A DNA stretch of 64,000 nt from Nitrospiraceae bacterium (GCA_050246315.1 JBFWWG010000009.1:64001-128000); one strand, 5' to 3'. Shown: positions 20,519-30,082, counted from the first letter of the stretch. The notes: a model not told the origin generated them from the sequence alone. Numbers and translations are program-made.

Positions 20519-20653
20519 CAGGCTGCGGAAAGGCTTGATTTGTGTGCTTCGACTGGCTCATCACGATCGGAAATCACCAGTATATTCAATGACTGCTCCC
20601 TTCGTCCTGAGGCTCTCGAAGGATGAACGGAGGGTTTTCCCTCACCCTGCTAG
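20515..20653. mobile_element. 139-bp MITE-like element with CTAG ends
   Basis: CTAGCAGG...CCTGCTAG terminal inverted repeats; left CTAG contains the TBDR stop codon; diverged inverted copy at 43289-43424. Confidence 0.8.
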
Positions 20654-20706
20654 AGATCGGGATGTCTAGGGAGTCTTCAGAACCCAGGTTGCCAATCGAC
20701 GCGCCC

Positions 20707-21297
20707 ATGGCGAGAACCGTCTTGAGCCAAGAGTACTTCGCCCGGCCGACCTTGAAGGTGGCTCGCGACCTGATCGGCAAGTATCTCGTCCGGCAAAGCG
20801 GAACGGAGGTGCTGGCTGGGCGAATTATCGAAGTGGAGGCGTATGTCGGACCGCGGGATCGAGCCTGTCATGCTTCGAAAGGACGAACAGCGCGAACGGA
20901 GGTCATGTTCGGGCCGGCCGGCGTGGCGTATGTGTATCTGATCTACGGAATGTATCACTGCCTGAATGTCGTGACGGAGGATGTTGAGTATCCGGCTGCG
21001 GTCTTGCTGCGAGCGGTCGAGGTAGGGGGGGGACTGATCGATGGGCCGGGCCGGCTCACGCGCTTGTTCTCGATCGACCGCTCCCTCAACCGTTGGGATC
21101 TGACCAAAGGAGAGGCGCTGTGGTTTGAAGATCGGGCGGAGGTGATCCGGCGGACCTCGATCAAAACCTTCCCTCGGATCGGTGTGGACTATGCCGGAAC
21201 GTGGGCGCACAAGCCCTGGCGCTTTCGGCTCGTTGGCCATGGAGCCGGCAATGGCACTGTGCGGATCGAGAAGGACAAGAGAGGAGGAACGCGATAG
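20707..21297 (+). CDS. mpg: 3-methyladenine DNA glycosylase (MPG/AAG family)
   Basis: GRIIEVEAY, YVYLIYGMYHCLN, AVLLRA, GPG, RIGV, PWRF. Confidence 0.92.
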   Translation: MARTVLSQEYFARPTLKVARDLIGKYLVRQSGTEVLAGRIIEVEAYVGPRDRACHASKGRTARTEVMFGPAGVAYVYLIYGMYHCLNVVTEDVEYPAAVLLRAVEVGGGLIDGPGRLTRLFSIDRSLNRWDLTKGEALWFEDRAEVIRRTSIKTFPRIGVDYAGTWAHKPWRFRLVGHGAGNGTVRIEKDKRGGTR

Positions 21298-21535
21298 GGC
21301 CCACTCTGCCTTGAGTTGGGAATAGGAACCAAGCGGCCGCTAAGCGTGCCGAACTACAGCATGGGCGATTCCGATGACGGGGCTACAGAGTGCGGGGCGG
21401 AGTGCGATTTCTTGGCGGAGGGTGCGTTCATCCTCAGAGGATACACTTCGACCTTTCTAGCGGTCGGCCCGGCCAACGAGGCCTTGGCGGAACTTCTCTA
21501 TTCGCGAAGCGGGCTTTGTCGCGGGACGCTCAGAC

Positions 21536-21582
21536 AAAAGAAAAGGGGGACCGACCTTTCGGCCGATCCCCCTTTTTCTTTC
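21536..21582. terminator. bidirectional rho-independent terminator
   Basis: A-tract, GGGGGA...TCCCCC stem, T-tract, between convergent genes. Confidence 0.8.
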
Positions 21583-21598
21583 TCGAATCGTCGTAGGC

Positions 21599-21964
21599 TT
21601 ACTTGGCGCCCAGGCTGGCATCGGCCTTGGTCGCGGAGGTCACAGGCGGCTCCACCTTGATCTGCGGACCCTGGACCTGCGGGAGCCGACCGGCTCCTTC
21701 CTTCTTCGTAATGCGGCCGTTATTCGCATCCATGAGTTTCTGCTCGGCGTGCTTGACGGATTCGGACGACTGGAGGATTGCAGCGTCTCCATGACCATCA
21801 TGCTGTCCCGGATCGTTGGCCGTCGGTTGGCCGGTGACCGGGCTCCCGTCGTTCTTCATCGGGTAGCCGGGGTGTTTGGGCAGCAATGCGGGGTTCGCCA
21901 TTGCCGTTGAAAGGGCAAACAGTACGCCTGAAACCATGGCACCGACCGCGAGTAGGATTTTCAT
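21599..21964 (-). CDS. exported hypothetical protein
   Basis: AGGAG/GAGG SD, signal peptide, NPALLPKHPGYPM; promoter upstream and terminator downstream. Confidence 0.8.
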   Translation of the reverse strand: MKILLAVGAMVSGVLFALSTAMANPALLPKHPGYPMKNDGSPVTGQPTANDPGQHDGHGDAAILQSSESVKHAEQKLMDANNGRITKKEGAGRLPQVQGPQIKVEPPVTSATKADASLGAK

Positions 21965-22041
21965 GGCCTCAACTCCTTTGAAATAATGAATGATTGAAGA
22001 AACCTGATCGAGTTCGTAGGAAGTCGCGACAAAGCGGCGGA

Positions 22042-22070
22042 ATCATAACGGGCCGAAGGAGGCCTGTCAA
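22042..22070 (-). promoter_or_regulatory. sigma70 promoter
   Basis: TTGACA-N17-TATGAT on the minus strand. Confidence 0.75.
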
Positions 22071-22143
22071 GAGCTGAAAGGTGAGGCGGCGAGGAGCCAG
22101 CGGTGGATCGCAATATGGTGAATTCCGCCATTTGAACAAGGGG

Positions 22144-23955
22144 TTAGTGTCGTGGATTCCGCCGGCCTCGCCCGCGATGGCGGAACGGTGGTCGCCGCAC
22201 CATGGCGGGCAGGCGAATGGTCGTGGTCGTCCCTTGCCCCTCGCTGCTCGCGAGGCTGATGTGCCCGCCATGCTCCTCGACGATCTTTTTGACGCTGGCG
22301 AGGCCCAGCCCGGTTCCGCTTCGTTTGGTACTGAAAAAGGGCTCGAAGACCTTGCTCAGATGTTCCGGCGGAATCGGCGCCCCGTCGTTCTTGATTACCA
22401 CCTGCACTTCCTGATGACGGCCAGCCCGGTGCGGACTGAGTCCGATATGGAGCTGGCCGCCTGGGGACATGGCTTCAATTGAGTTCTTAAAAATGCTGAG
22501 GAGCACCTGTTGCATCTTGGCTTCGTCGCAACGAACCGGAGCCAGATGGGCGGCGTAGTCCTTGGTGACCTGAATGCGGGTCACCTCCAACTCGGTCGAC
22601 ACGACGGCCAGGGCATTCTCGATAATCTCCGGTACGCGGCAGAGTCGGCGGTTGAGTTCCAGCGGCTTCGCAAAGTCGAGAATCTCGTTCAGCAGCGCTT
22701 CGATCCGGATCAGATCGCGCATGGCCTTTTCGACGCGCGTTTGTGGATCAAAATCGAGTATGCCTTCGCCCGTGACCTCTTCGAGCTGGGCGCGGATGGA
22801 GGCGAGCGGCTCGCGCAGTTCGGTGGCCAGAAAGGCGCTGAACTCCCCGATGGCGGCTTGGCGTTCCTGCTTGCGGATCGCCGGCTCCAGCGATTCCGCG
22901 GGCTGCACACGGGTCGGTTCCGAGGAGCCCGACTCGGCAGCGGCAGGCAGCGTGGCCGGATTCAAGGGCTTTTGGAATAGATCCACCAGCTTCAGGATGA
23001 TCGGCTCCACGGCCGTCGCATCGGTTGGACCGTACCGAGTGGCCTCCTTTGCGGCGAGCGTCAGAGTTCCTCCTACCTGGCCGCGTACGAAGAACGGCAG
23101 GACGAAGGCCGAGAGGAACCGATCTTTATAGAGGTGCTTGTGGTCGGCGAATCGTCCCTGGGTCGATGCCAGATCATGGTCCACTCGCGGCTTGCGATGG
23201 CGGACCGCCCATCCCGATGCCGAGGCTTCGAGCGCCAGGCGCAACCCCGCCTTGAGGTCCCGCTTTCCGTCGCTTCTTGATTCGCCGGCGACCGCAATGA
23301 CTTCGACTGATCCTGCCAGCGGGTCATAATGGGCAACCCAAGCTCGGTCAAAGGGGAGCACCTGCGCGCATTCTGACAGGATCGCCAGGGCCTGGTCCTG
23401 AATCTCGGGTGTGACGTAGGAGGGGGAACTACTCAGGGTTTCGAGCGCATCACGCTGAGCCGAAATCGGCTCGAGGGAGACCAGCGGGCGGGTCATGATC
23501 ACGGAACCGTCGAAGAGTTGTTCCTTTTCGAGTGTCTTGGTGATGCCTTCGCAGGCGTTCTCGATCAGGGCCCGTTCCTTCCGTTGGAGCGGGGCCTGAT
23601 CCCGTCGTCCCAAAACCAGCGCGCCATAGGTGCGTTGGCGATACCGCAGTGGAACCGCCAGCAGGTTGCGCGAGGAGGGCGTGACCAACTTGAGGCGCGC
23701 GCCGACCCCGCCTTCCTGTTCTTGGGACGAGTTCGCGGCGAGCGTCCGCAGGGTGCTCGACAGGGTGCGAAGAATCGTATGGACTTCCCGCGGCGTCAGC
23801 CCTTTCGACCCGTGTGCGGTCAAGGGGCCGCTCTCTCGGTGAAAGATGGCCGCCAGGGCTGCGTCCACGTTGAGATCGTTCAGAGCGGTGGTGAGCACCC
23901 GCTGCAGCTGAGTCTGTTTGGCGGTGAGGGCGGCTTCGACGGCGGGCGTCGTCAT
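22144..23955 (-). CDS. GAF-GAF sensor histidine-kinase-like protein lacking the phosphoacceptor His
   Basis: two GAF-like regions; H-box reads [10 protein letters not shown] box FKNSIEAM, F box FEPFFSTK, G2 GTGLGL. Confidence 0.88.
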   Translation of the reverse strand: MTTPAVEAALTAKQTQLQRVLTTALNDLNVDAALAAIFHRESGPLTAHGSKGLTPREVHTILRTLSSTLRTLAANSSQEQEGGVGARLKLVTPSSRNLLAVPLRYRQRTYGALVLGRRDQAPLQRKERALIENACEGITKTLEKEQLFDGSVIMTRPLVSLEPISAQRDALETLSSSPSYVTPEIQDQALAILSECAQVLPFDRAWVAHYDPLAGSVEVIAVAGESRSDGKRDLKAGLRLALEASASGWAVRHRKPRVDHDLASTQGRFADHKHLYKDRFLSAFVLPFFVRGQVGGTLTLAAKEATRYGPTDATAVEPIILKLVDLFQKPLNPATLPAAAESGSSEPTRVQPAESLEPAIRKQERQAAIGEFSAFLATELREPLASIRAQLEEVTGEGILDFDPQTRVEKAMRDLIRIEALLNEILDFAKPLELNRRLCRVPEIIENALAVVSTELEVTRIQVTKDYAAHLAPVRCDEAKMQQVLLSIFKNSIEAMSPGGQLHIGLSPHRAGRHQEVQVVIKNDGAPIPPEHLSKVFEPFFSTKRSGTGLGLASVKKIVEEHGGHISLASSEGQGTTTTIRLPAMVRRPPFRHRGRGRRNPRH

Positions 23956-24038
23956 CAGGGGCTCTTGGGACTGGGTGTCAGCATAGTTCACGCGCAGCGA
24001 TGCAAAGTGGGCAATCTTAGCAGCGCGGCCATGAGAAT

Positions 24039-24440
24039 TCAATTGATGTGACGAGGCGGGCGGCGCTCGTGCGGATCCTCCACCCGTACGGCCCGGATCT
24101 GCGTTGAGGTCACGGCGGTGAGGATCGTGGTGACAATGCTGATGACAAGTGCCCCGAGTATGGCGGGCCAGAGCCCGGTCACGATGAAGCCTTTCACCAG
24201 GTAGGCCACGAGTTCCAACAGCACAGCGTTAATGAGGACCATGAACAGGCCGAAGGACAAAAGAATGAGCGGGAGCGACATGACGTAGAGAAGCGGCCGC
24301 ACGAGCGCGTTCAGGATCGTCAAGACCAAGACCGCCGCCAGGCCGGCCGACCAGGACTGCACCTCGATCCCGGGCACGATGCTGATCGCAAGAAAGACGG
24401 CGATGCCCGTCACGAGAATTCGGGTGAGCAATCCGGTCAT
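24039..24440 (-). CDS. YvlD-like four-TM membrane protein (phage holin 4 family)
   Basis: LNALVRPLL..LPL.LLSFGLF.VLINA motif. Confidence 0.85.
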   Translation of the reverse strand: MTGLLTRILVTGIAVFLAISIVPGIEVQSWSAGLAAVLVLTILNALVRPLLYVMSLPLILLSFGLFMVLINAVLLELVAYLVKGFIVTGLWPAILGALVISIVTTILTAVTSTQIRAVRVEDPHERRPPRHIN

Positions 24441-24489
24441 GGGGTCCTCTGCAGAATCACCTGCGGCACGCCCAACGGTATCGGTGGCG

Positions 24490-24816
24490 CTACTTGGCCT
24501 GAGCCGGTTTGTTGGAGAAGAGCACCTCGGTGGCGAGCAGACGGTCTCCTTGCTTTGTGGTTTCCACCACAACCCGATCTCCGATTTTTGGAAGCGGTCC
24601 GGTGGTGCCGGCTCCGCGCGGGCGGAATTGGGTCTTCTCGTTCAACAGGATCGAGTGTTTCTCGCCCTTTTGCGTGGTCACGTCAAGCTGTGTGCCGGTG
24701 ATACCGGTGACAGTTCCGAGCACATGTTGACCGGACCCGTGGGCTGCGAGATCCGGGACGTGAGCTACGAGCAGATACGCCACGAGCAGCACCGATGCAT
24801 ATTGACGAAATAACAT
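24490..24816 (-). CDS. small exported beta-rich protein
   Basis: signal peptide then AHGSGQHVLGTVT...GDRVVV. Confidence 0.7.
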   Translation of the reverse strand: MLFRQYASVLLVAYLLVAHVPDLAAHGSGQHVLGTVTGITGTQLDVTTQKGEKHSILLNEKTQFRPRGAGTTGPLPKIGDRVVVETTKQGDRLLATEVLFSNKPAQAK

Positions 24817-24847
24817 CACAGGCGTACTCCTTGGTTGTGTGGTTGTG

Positions 24848-25486
24848 CTAATGGCGATGTGAGGGTTGGCTGGCAGCCTCATGGCCATGAAGAAACTGGT
24901 CGAACTCCGCCTCCTCCTCGATCTGGTGCTTGCTTTTGGGATTGAGCTGCTTCATCTCGTCGAGTTCCTCCGGCGTAATCTGAGGCAGGTGGCGGATGAA
25001 GTGCACGAGCTGCCAACTGTCCAGATCCTTTCGGGGATCGCCTTCGCCCCAGCCCGGCATCGCCGTGAACCGCACACCGTAATGGATGGTGTAGAAGAGG
25101 ACACCGTCCGACATGTCCTGGGTGTCGGGCAGGCGGAGATCCGGTGCGGGCGGGTAGACGTTCTTTCCGAGCTTGGTTTGGCCGCTGCCGTCGTTGGCGT
25201 GACAACTCGCGCAATGGTCGGCGAAATGCGCCCGCGCCTCGCCCAACGCGGCGGGCGAAAGCGGAACGGGATTCTGGGCTTCACGCCATTCCTTGGGGAT
25301 CGCCCAGTATCGTGCGGTGCGCGCCGCCCAGATTTCAATCGCGCTGGGTTGCCCCTTGGCGCTGAAGCCGCTGGAAAAGTGGTCGTAAGCCATCCACCCT
25401 GCGCTGGCCAGCCCCACGGCCAGTACGATCAAGAGGAGATACCAGAGCGTCTTGATGGGGTTCAGAATGAAACCTGGCATACGCAT
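24848..25486 (-). CDS. membrane-anchored monohaem cytochrome c
   Basis: CASCH, YPPAPDL, GVRFTAMPGW, WQLVHFIR. Confidence 0.9.
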   Translation of the reverse strand: MRMPGFILNPIKTLWYLLLIVLAVGLASAGWMAYDHFSSGFSAKGQPSAIEIWAARTARYWAIPKEWREAQNPVPLSPAALGEARAHFADHCASCHANDGSGQTKLGKNVYPPAPDLRLPDTQDMSDGVLFYTIHYGVRFTAMPGWGEGDPRKDLDSWQLVHFIRHLPQITPEELDEMKQLNPKSKHQIEEEAEFDQFLHGHEAASQPSHRH

Positions 25487-25601
25487 CGAGCGTGTCCTGA
25501 GAGCGGCACCGATCAGATGGATCGAATATCTGGATCTAGTATAACGGGACGGGACGGGAGCCCGCCACTTTCCGCCTGATCGTGAGACCGTGTTTCCGCC
25601 G

Positions 25602-26480
25602 TCACGTCGCCGTTTGATTATGACGAAACCGCACCACCAACCGGCCGAACAGGCGGAGCAGGGCCACGGTTGTGATCGGAGTATAAAGCAACAGGCCCAT
25701 CAACCCCAAGAGCGATTCGCCGATCCAGAACGTCACGCTCAGGTTAAACAAGAGCACGCCGTAGTACAAGCCGCAACCCAGCAGCACTCTGAGTGTCGTC
25801 GATCTCGATGGTGCCGCCTCGCGATCATCCGGCAGGTTCCGATCGATCACGCGGTAGATGCCGAGCGCGATGACGCCCACGACCACCCATCCGAAAAAGT
25901 TAGCGAGCGGAACGCCGAAATAGACTCCGGCTTCCGGGTAGAAATAAATCTTACCGAGAAACCACCGATCCCCCCGCAGCGCCGCCGGGTCGATGACGAC
26001 GTCGATCAAGGCGAATAGCAAGCAGCTGAGCCCGAGCACCGGCCAGGAGCAGCGCGTGGCTGGCTCGAAACTCAGGGCCGGCAGGAGTGTGCGCGGCTGG
26101 TCCAGTGGCGCTTTATGCTGGATAGACCGAGTCGGCAGGAGGAACCACAGGGCCAGGCAGTAGCTGGCGAACAGCAGAAACGGAAACGAGAGCGAGTCCA
26201 TGAATGGCACATCCCAGAGATACAGTTCTTGTCCCACCGTCGAGCCGGTGTAGAAGTACCATCCGAATGGGATGCCGGTCCTGGTGGACGACAGTTCGCA
26301 CAGCAGGGCCGTGAGCCAGGTATTGATGAAGAAAAATCCGGTGCGCAGCCAGCCGAGCAGGCGGGAGGCCGCGAACAGAAACGCCGCCAGGAACAGGAAG
26401 ACGTAGGGGCGGAGAAGAACTGTCCTGCCGAGTAAGACTAACGTATCCACGATGTCGAAGTGCCCAGCGTCAAGCGGCAT
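25602..26480 (-). CDS. CruF/DUF422-like carotenoid biosynthesis membrane protein
   Basis: ELSS.RTGIPFG.Y.Y, D..IDP, FGVPLANFFGW motifs; start uncertain. Confidence 0.75.
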   Translation of the reverse strand: MPLDAGHFDIVDTLVLLGRTVLLRPYVFLFLAAFLFAASRLLGWLRTGFFFINTWLTALLCELSSTRTGIPFGWYFYTGSTVGQELYLWDVPFMDSLSFPFLLFASYCLALWFLLPTRSIQHKAPLDQPRTLLPALSFEPATRCSWPVLGLSCLLFALIDVVIDPAALRGDRWFLGKIYFYPEAGVYFGVPLANFFGWVVVGVIALGIYRVIDRNLPDDREAAPSRSTTLRVLLGCGLYYGVLLFNLSVTFWIGESLLGLMGLLLYTPITTVALLRLFGRLVVRFRHNQTAT

Positions 26481-26552
26481 TCGTCAATCGCGGAAAATCC
26501 TTGCCCCTACCTGTGCCTGACACGATTGACAGTTGACCATTGACGAATGACC
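26468..26552. repeat. inverted heptamer arrays (CGTCAAT-type / ATTGACG-type)
   Basis: cgtcaag-cggcatt-cgtcaat, spacer, attgaca-gttgacc-attgacg-aatgacc. Confidence 0.75.
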
Positions 26553-26559
26553 TCTCTGC

Positions 26560-27546
26560 TTATGCATACCCATGATCTCGGAACCAGCGCACGGCCTTCT
26601 CCAGCGCGATCTCTACCGGAGGCTGCGACAGCCCGAGTTCGCGTACAGCCTTGGAACAATCATAATGCATTTTGTACTTGGCCATCTTCACCCCCTCCAG
26701 CGGAATGCGCGGTGGGCGGCGGGTGACGTAGTCGGCCAACCAGCGATTCAGGTGGGCCAAGGGAAGAATCAGTCCTCGCGGGAGCTTCACGCGCGGCACG
26801 GGCACGCCGGTGAGCCGGCTCAAGATCTCGAAGATCTCCTTCAGACTCAAATTTCTATTACCCAGGATATACCGTTCGCCGATTCGACCTCGGTCCATCG
26901 CGGCCAGGTGGCCGGTCGCCACATCGTCCACGTCGATCAAATTCATGCCGGTTTCGATGTAGGCGAACATCCGGCCCTTCATGTAATCGACGATCATCTG
27001 TCCGGTCGGTGTGGGCTTCACGTCCCCGGCACCGATGGGGGCACTGGGGTTGACGATGACGACGGGAAACCCGGCCTGCGCGAGCTTGAGCACTTCCTGC
27101 TCGGCCAGATACTTTGAGCGCTTGTAGTCCCCGGCCATCTGGGACAGTGAAACCGGGGTCTCTTCCGAGCCGACGCCCCCATTCGGCGGCAGGCCGATTG
27201 CGCCGATCGTGCTCGTGTAGACCATTCGTTCGATCCCGGCCTCTCGGGCCGCTTCCATGAGGTTGACAGTCCCCTGCACGTTGATGTCGTAAAACAACGA
27301 AGGGTCTCTGGCCCACAGGGCGTAGTGGGCAGCGACGTGGTAGACCCGCCGGCACCCCGTCAGGGCCTGGCGCAAAGAGGGACGGTCACGCAAATCGCCG
27401 ATGGCGCGCGAAACGGAAAGACCCTGAAGGTTGCGAAGGTCGCTGGCGGGCCTGGCAAGCACACGCACCTCGCGTCCGGCGGCAGCCAGGGCTCGGACCA
27501 CGGCCGCTCCGACGAAGCCGGTGGCGCCTGTGACCAAGGTCGTCAT
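26560..27546 (-). CDS. hpnA: hopanoid-associated NAD-dependent epimerase/dehydratase
   Basis: TGATGFVG, HVAAHY, YKRSK, NPSAPIGAGDVKPTPTG. Confidence 0.88.
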   Translation of the reverse strand: MTTLVTGATGFVGAAVVRALAAAGREVRVLARPASDLRNLQGLSVSRAIGDLRDRPSLRQALTGCRRVYHVAAHYALWARDPSLFYDINVQGTVNLMEAAREAGIERMVYTSTIGAIGLPPNGGVGSEETPVSLSQMAGDYKRSKYLAEQEVLKLAQAGFPVVIVNPSAPIGAGDVKPTPTGQMIVDYMKGRMFAYIETGMNLIDVDDVATGHLAAMDRGRIGERYILGNRNLSLKEIFEILSRLTGVPVPRVKLPRGLILPLAHLNRWLADYVTRRPPRIPLEGVKMAKYKMHYDCSKAVRELGLSQPPVEIALEKAVRWFRDHGYA

Positions 27547-27551
27547 GGGGA

Positions 27552-27724
27552 GGGCTGAACGCTGAGGGCTGAGTGCGGGGTATCGAGGAAGGGCTGAGTG
27601 CTGGGTGCTGAGTGCTGAGGCGGAGAATGAGGAATCCTGCAATGGACAGACGGGTAAGAGCCGAAAATAAGAAGGACGGTGGCAATCAGCGTCGTCTTCA
27701 ACTCAGCACCCAGCACTCAGCACT
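27552..27724. repeat. inverted heptamer arrays (GTGCTGA / TCAGCAC)
   Basis: about 8 degenerate GTGCTGA units, spacer, about 3 TCAGCAC units abutting the ispA stop. Confidence 0.85.
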
Positions 27725-28613
27725 AATTCTTGCGGGCGACGATGTACCGGGCGAGTTCCCGCAGTGAATCGGCCGTCCTGCCGAACGAGGCCAGATGGTG
27801 GGTGGCTCGCTCGACGCACTCGTCCGCGAGCTTTCGCGCGCCGTCCACCCCGTAGAAGGTCGGGTAGGTTTTCTTTCCCCGTTGCGCGTCGGCGTTCGGG
27901 CTCTTGCCGAGTTCCTCCTGCGTGCCGGTCACGTCCAACACGTCGTCCGCGATCTGAAAGGCCAGCCCGATCTGTTCGGCATAGGCAGTGAAATTCGCCA
28001 GTTGGTCGGGCGGGGCGCCGGCGGCGATCGCGCCCATTCGGACAGCGGCACGGATCAACATGCCGGTCTTGTGCCGGTGGATGGTTTGCAGGGTGGGTAG
28101 GTCGATATCCTGATTCTCGGCTTGAATATCGAACACCTGCCCGCCGACCATGCCGAGGTGGCCGGCACCCACCGCAAGTTCGTAAATCAACTGGACTCGG
28201 CGAGGGGCGTCCAGTCCATTCCCGTCAGCCGGCCCGCTACAGAGTTCAAACGCCAGTGTCAGAAGCGCATCGCCTGCCAGGATCGCCATGGCCTCGCCGA
28301 ACACCTTATGGTTCGTCGGCTTGCTCCTGCGGAAGTCATCGTTGTCCATGGAAGGTAGGTCGTCATGGATCAAGGAATACGTATGAACGAGTTCCAGCGA
28401 TGCGGCAACCGGCAGCATAGCGGGGGCTTGGCATCCGAGCGCCTCCGCCGTGGCAAGGGTCAGGATCGGACGAATCCGTTTCCCCCCCGCGAACAGGCTA
28501 TAGCGCATGCTCTCGTGCAACGTGGTCGGTTGGGTCTGCGCGGAAGGGTGGACCGACTCCAGAAACCGATCGACGAGTTGGCGCTGCTGTTCAAGATATC
28601 GGCGTATGTCCAT
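27723..28613 (-). CDS. ispA: farnesyl/geranylgeranyl diphosphate synthase
   Basis: GGKRIRP, HDDLPSMDNDDFRR, GQ, KT, FQIADD motifs. Confidence 0.93.
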   Translation of the reverse strand: MDIRRYLEQQRQLVDRFLESVHPSAQTQPTTLHESMRYSLFAGGKRIRPILTLATAEALGCQAPAMLPVAASLELVHTYSLIHDDLPSMDNDDFRRSKPTNHKVFGEAMAILAGDALLTLAFELCSGPADGNGLDAPRRVQLIYELAVGAGHLGMVGGQVFDIQAENQDIDLPTLQTIHRHKTGMLIRAAVRMGAIAAGAPPDQLANFTAYAEQIGLAFQIADDVLDVTGTQEELGKSPNADAQRGKKTYPTFYGVDGARKLADECVERATHHLASFGRTADSLRELARYIVARKN

Positions 28614-28787
28614 TGGTTGAATTGATCGATGCGTGCCGGCTGATCGTAGCCGTCCGTATAGGGTAGGTTGGTTCCAAAACGGGATTGATTGCTCAGAGCG
28701 GTCGTGACATGGTGATCTGCCGAGAACCAGCCGATTGGTTGTCGGGAAATCTGCTGTCAGTGCTCGTTCTGCCTTTAAACGCGCGCG

Positions 28788-28816
28788 AGGTTAACAGGGA
28801 GCCGCGCACCTGTCAA
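28788..28816 (-). promoter_or_regulatory. sigma70 promoter of ispA operon
   Basis: TTGACA-N17-TAACCT. Confidence 0.65.
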
Positions 28817-28878
28817 ACGGATCAACGGGTGGCGACTCCGACCATGGCTCCATTGTGCGCTCGTTGGTCCCTCGGCAC

Positions 28879-28908
28879 TTGTCATTCAAAAGGGCGGTTG
28901 GCTATACT
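28879..28908 (+). promoter_or_regulatory. sigma70 promoter, probably leaderless transcript
   Basis: TTGTCA-N18-TATACT, 7 nt before ATG 28916, no SD. Confidence 0.6.
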
Positions 28909-28915
28909 GCGCCCC

Positions 28916-29185
28916 ATGAGCATTCGAATGGCCGGCGGTGATTGGGAGCCGCTTCTGTTGAATATCGAGCCGCGCCGGTGTCCCATCTGCCAACAGGGTT
29001 TGTATCGCGACCAAACCCTTTTCCGCGGCGGCTGGTCCCGCTGTACGGTCTGTAATGAATTCGTCCATTACAGTTGCCTCGCCAGCGGAAGATTCAGGTT
29101 CCTGAAGCGGCGACCGAGAATCTGTAAGCGGTGCGCCTCCTCGGCGTCCCCCTCCGCTCCCAAATCCGGCAATCAGGCCGCGTGA
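28916..29185 (+). CDS. small C4HC3 (PHD/RING-variant-like) zinc-finger protein
   Basis: CPIC-x17-CTVC-x4-HYSC-x15-CKRC. Confidence 0.7.
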   Translation: MSIRMAGGDWEPLLLNIEPRRCPICQQGLYRDQTLFRGGWSRCTVCNEFVHYSCLASGRFRFLKRRPRICKRCASSASPSAPKSGNQAA

Positions 29186-29535
29186 GCCTCTCCATCCCGA
29201 TGTCGCCTGATGTGCCGGGCGGAGCCTCTGCATCGCAAGAGCGATTCGCGACGGTCGTTCGAATCCTACTGGCTCCCGTCATCTGTTGTTGGAGCGGCCT
29301 GTTTACCGCCGATTTTGTTCTGAGCGGGTATTACACGTGGCCGCGAACGAGCCGCGTGTTCGTTCTGACGATCACATTGGTCATCCTGGCCTACGAATTT
29401 GTGTACAAAGAACAGCGGACCCGCGAGGTTCCCGGGTCCGAGGCCCGGGCTCGCAGGGCGGTGCTGTACTCCTGTGTCATTCCGTATGCCGTCGGCGTTG
29501 GGCTGTTGCTTCTGCTGATTTCAGGTCGGTTCTAG
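29182..29535 (+). CDS. hypothetical membrane protein
   Basis: GTGA overlap with the upstream stop; three hydrophobic segments. Confidence 0.65.
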   Translation: MSLSIPMSPDVPGGASASQERFATVVRILLAPVICCWSGLFTADFVLSGYYTWPRTSRVFVLTITLVILAYEFVYKEQRTREVPGSEARARRAVLYSCVIPYAVGVGLLLLLISGRF

Positions 29536-29612
29536 TCGGTGTGCACCGGGCGGACAGGACCGTCGCCGAGAAACCCGCTGGCTCCTCTGTCGCGTGAGCC
29601 GATCTGCCCACT

Positions 29613-29987
29613 ATGGCACCTATCTATCAGAGCGGGGCGTTCATCCAGCAATGTTTCGCCGTGCATCCGCTCTGCCTCACGGTCAAACGGTTGGAACATG
29701 GCGAGCGCCTGTTGCTCGGCTGCACGTCCTGCCACCTCACGCATCGTATCGGCCTGCGGACGGTTGTAGCGCGTCTGTCCGCCGTGCCTACAGAGTCGGG
29801 CGAAGCGCCGCCCGTGGGGAGCGAACGGACGGCTGCGGCGGCGCTAGCGGATTGTGCGGCGCAACATGCCCCCGCGCTGTCGGTTCGCCGCTTGGAGACG
29901 GTAGAGGATCTGATGGGGCTACGGTGCAGCGAATGCCGCCGCGTCTACGAACTACACGTCCAAACATTCGAAACGCATCAACGGTGA
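29613..29987 (+). CDS. hypothetical Cys/His metal-binding protein with internal duplication
   Basis: two C-x3-H...C-x2-C units (CFAVH...CTSC; CAAQH...CSEC). Confidence 0.65.
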   Translation: MAPIYQSGAFIQQCFAVHPLCLTVKRLEHGERLLLGCTSCHLTHRIGLRTVVARLSAVPTESGEAPPVGSERTAAAALADCAAQHAPALSVRRLETVEDLMGLRCSECRRVYELHVQTFETHQR

Positions 29988-30082
29988 ACGAGAAGATGCC
30001 CCTTGGCGGAGGATTGCACCGGGCGGACGCCGAATCGCATAGCCGCCGGCATCGGTGGGTATGTCGGTGGGTATGATGGACC

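Noticed and set aside
21316..21530. ORF 21316-21660 / possible sRNA between mpg and the terminator
   Set aside because: Runs through a terminator and into a convergent gene; no motif or structure support.
24039..24440. Prophage suggested by a holin-family gene
   Set aside because: YvlD-type proteins are common chromosomal genes; no other phage genes nearby.
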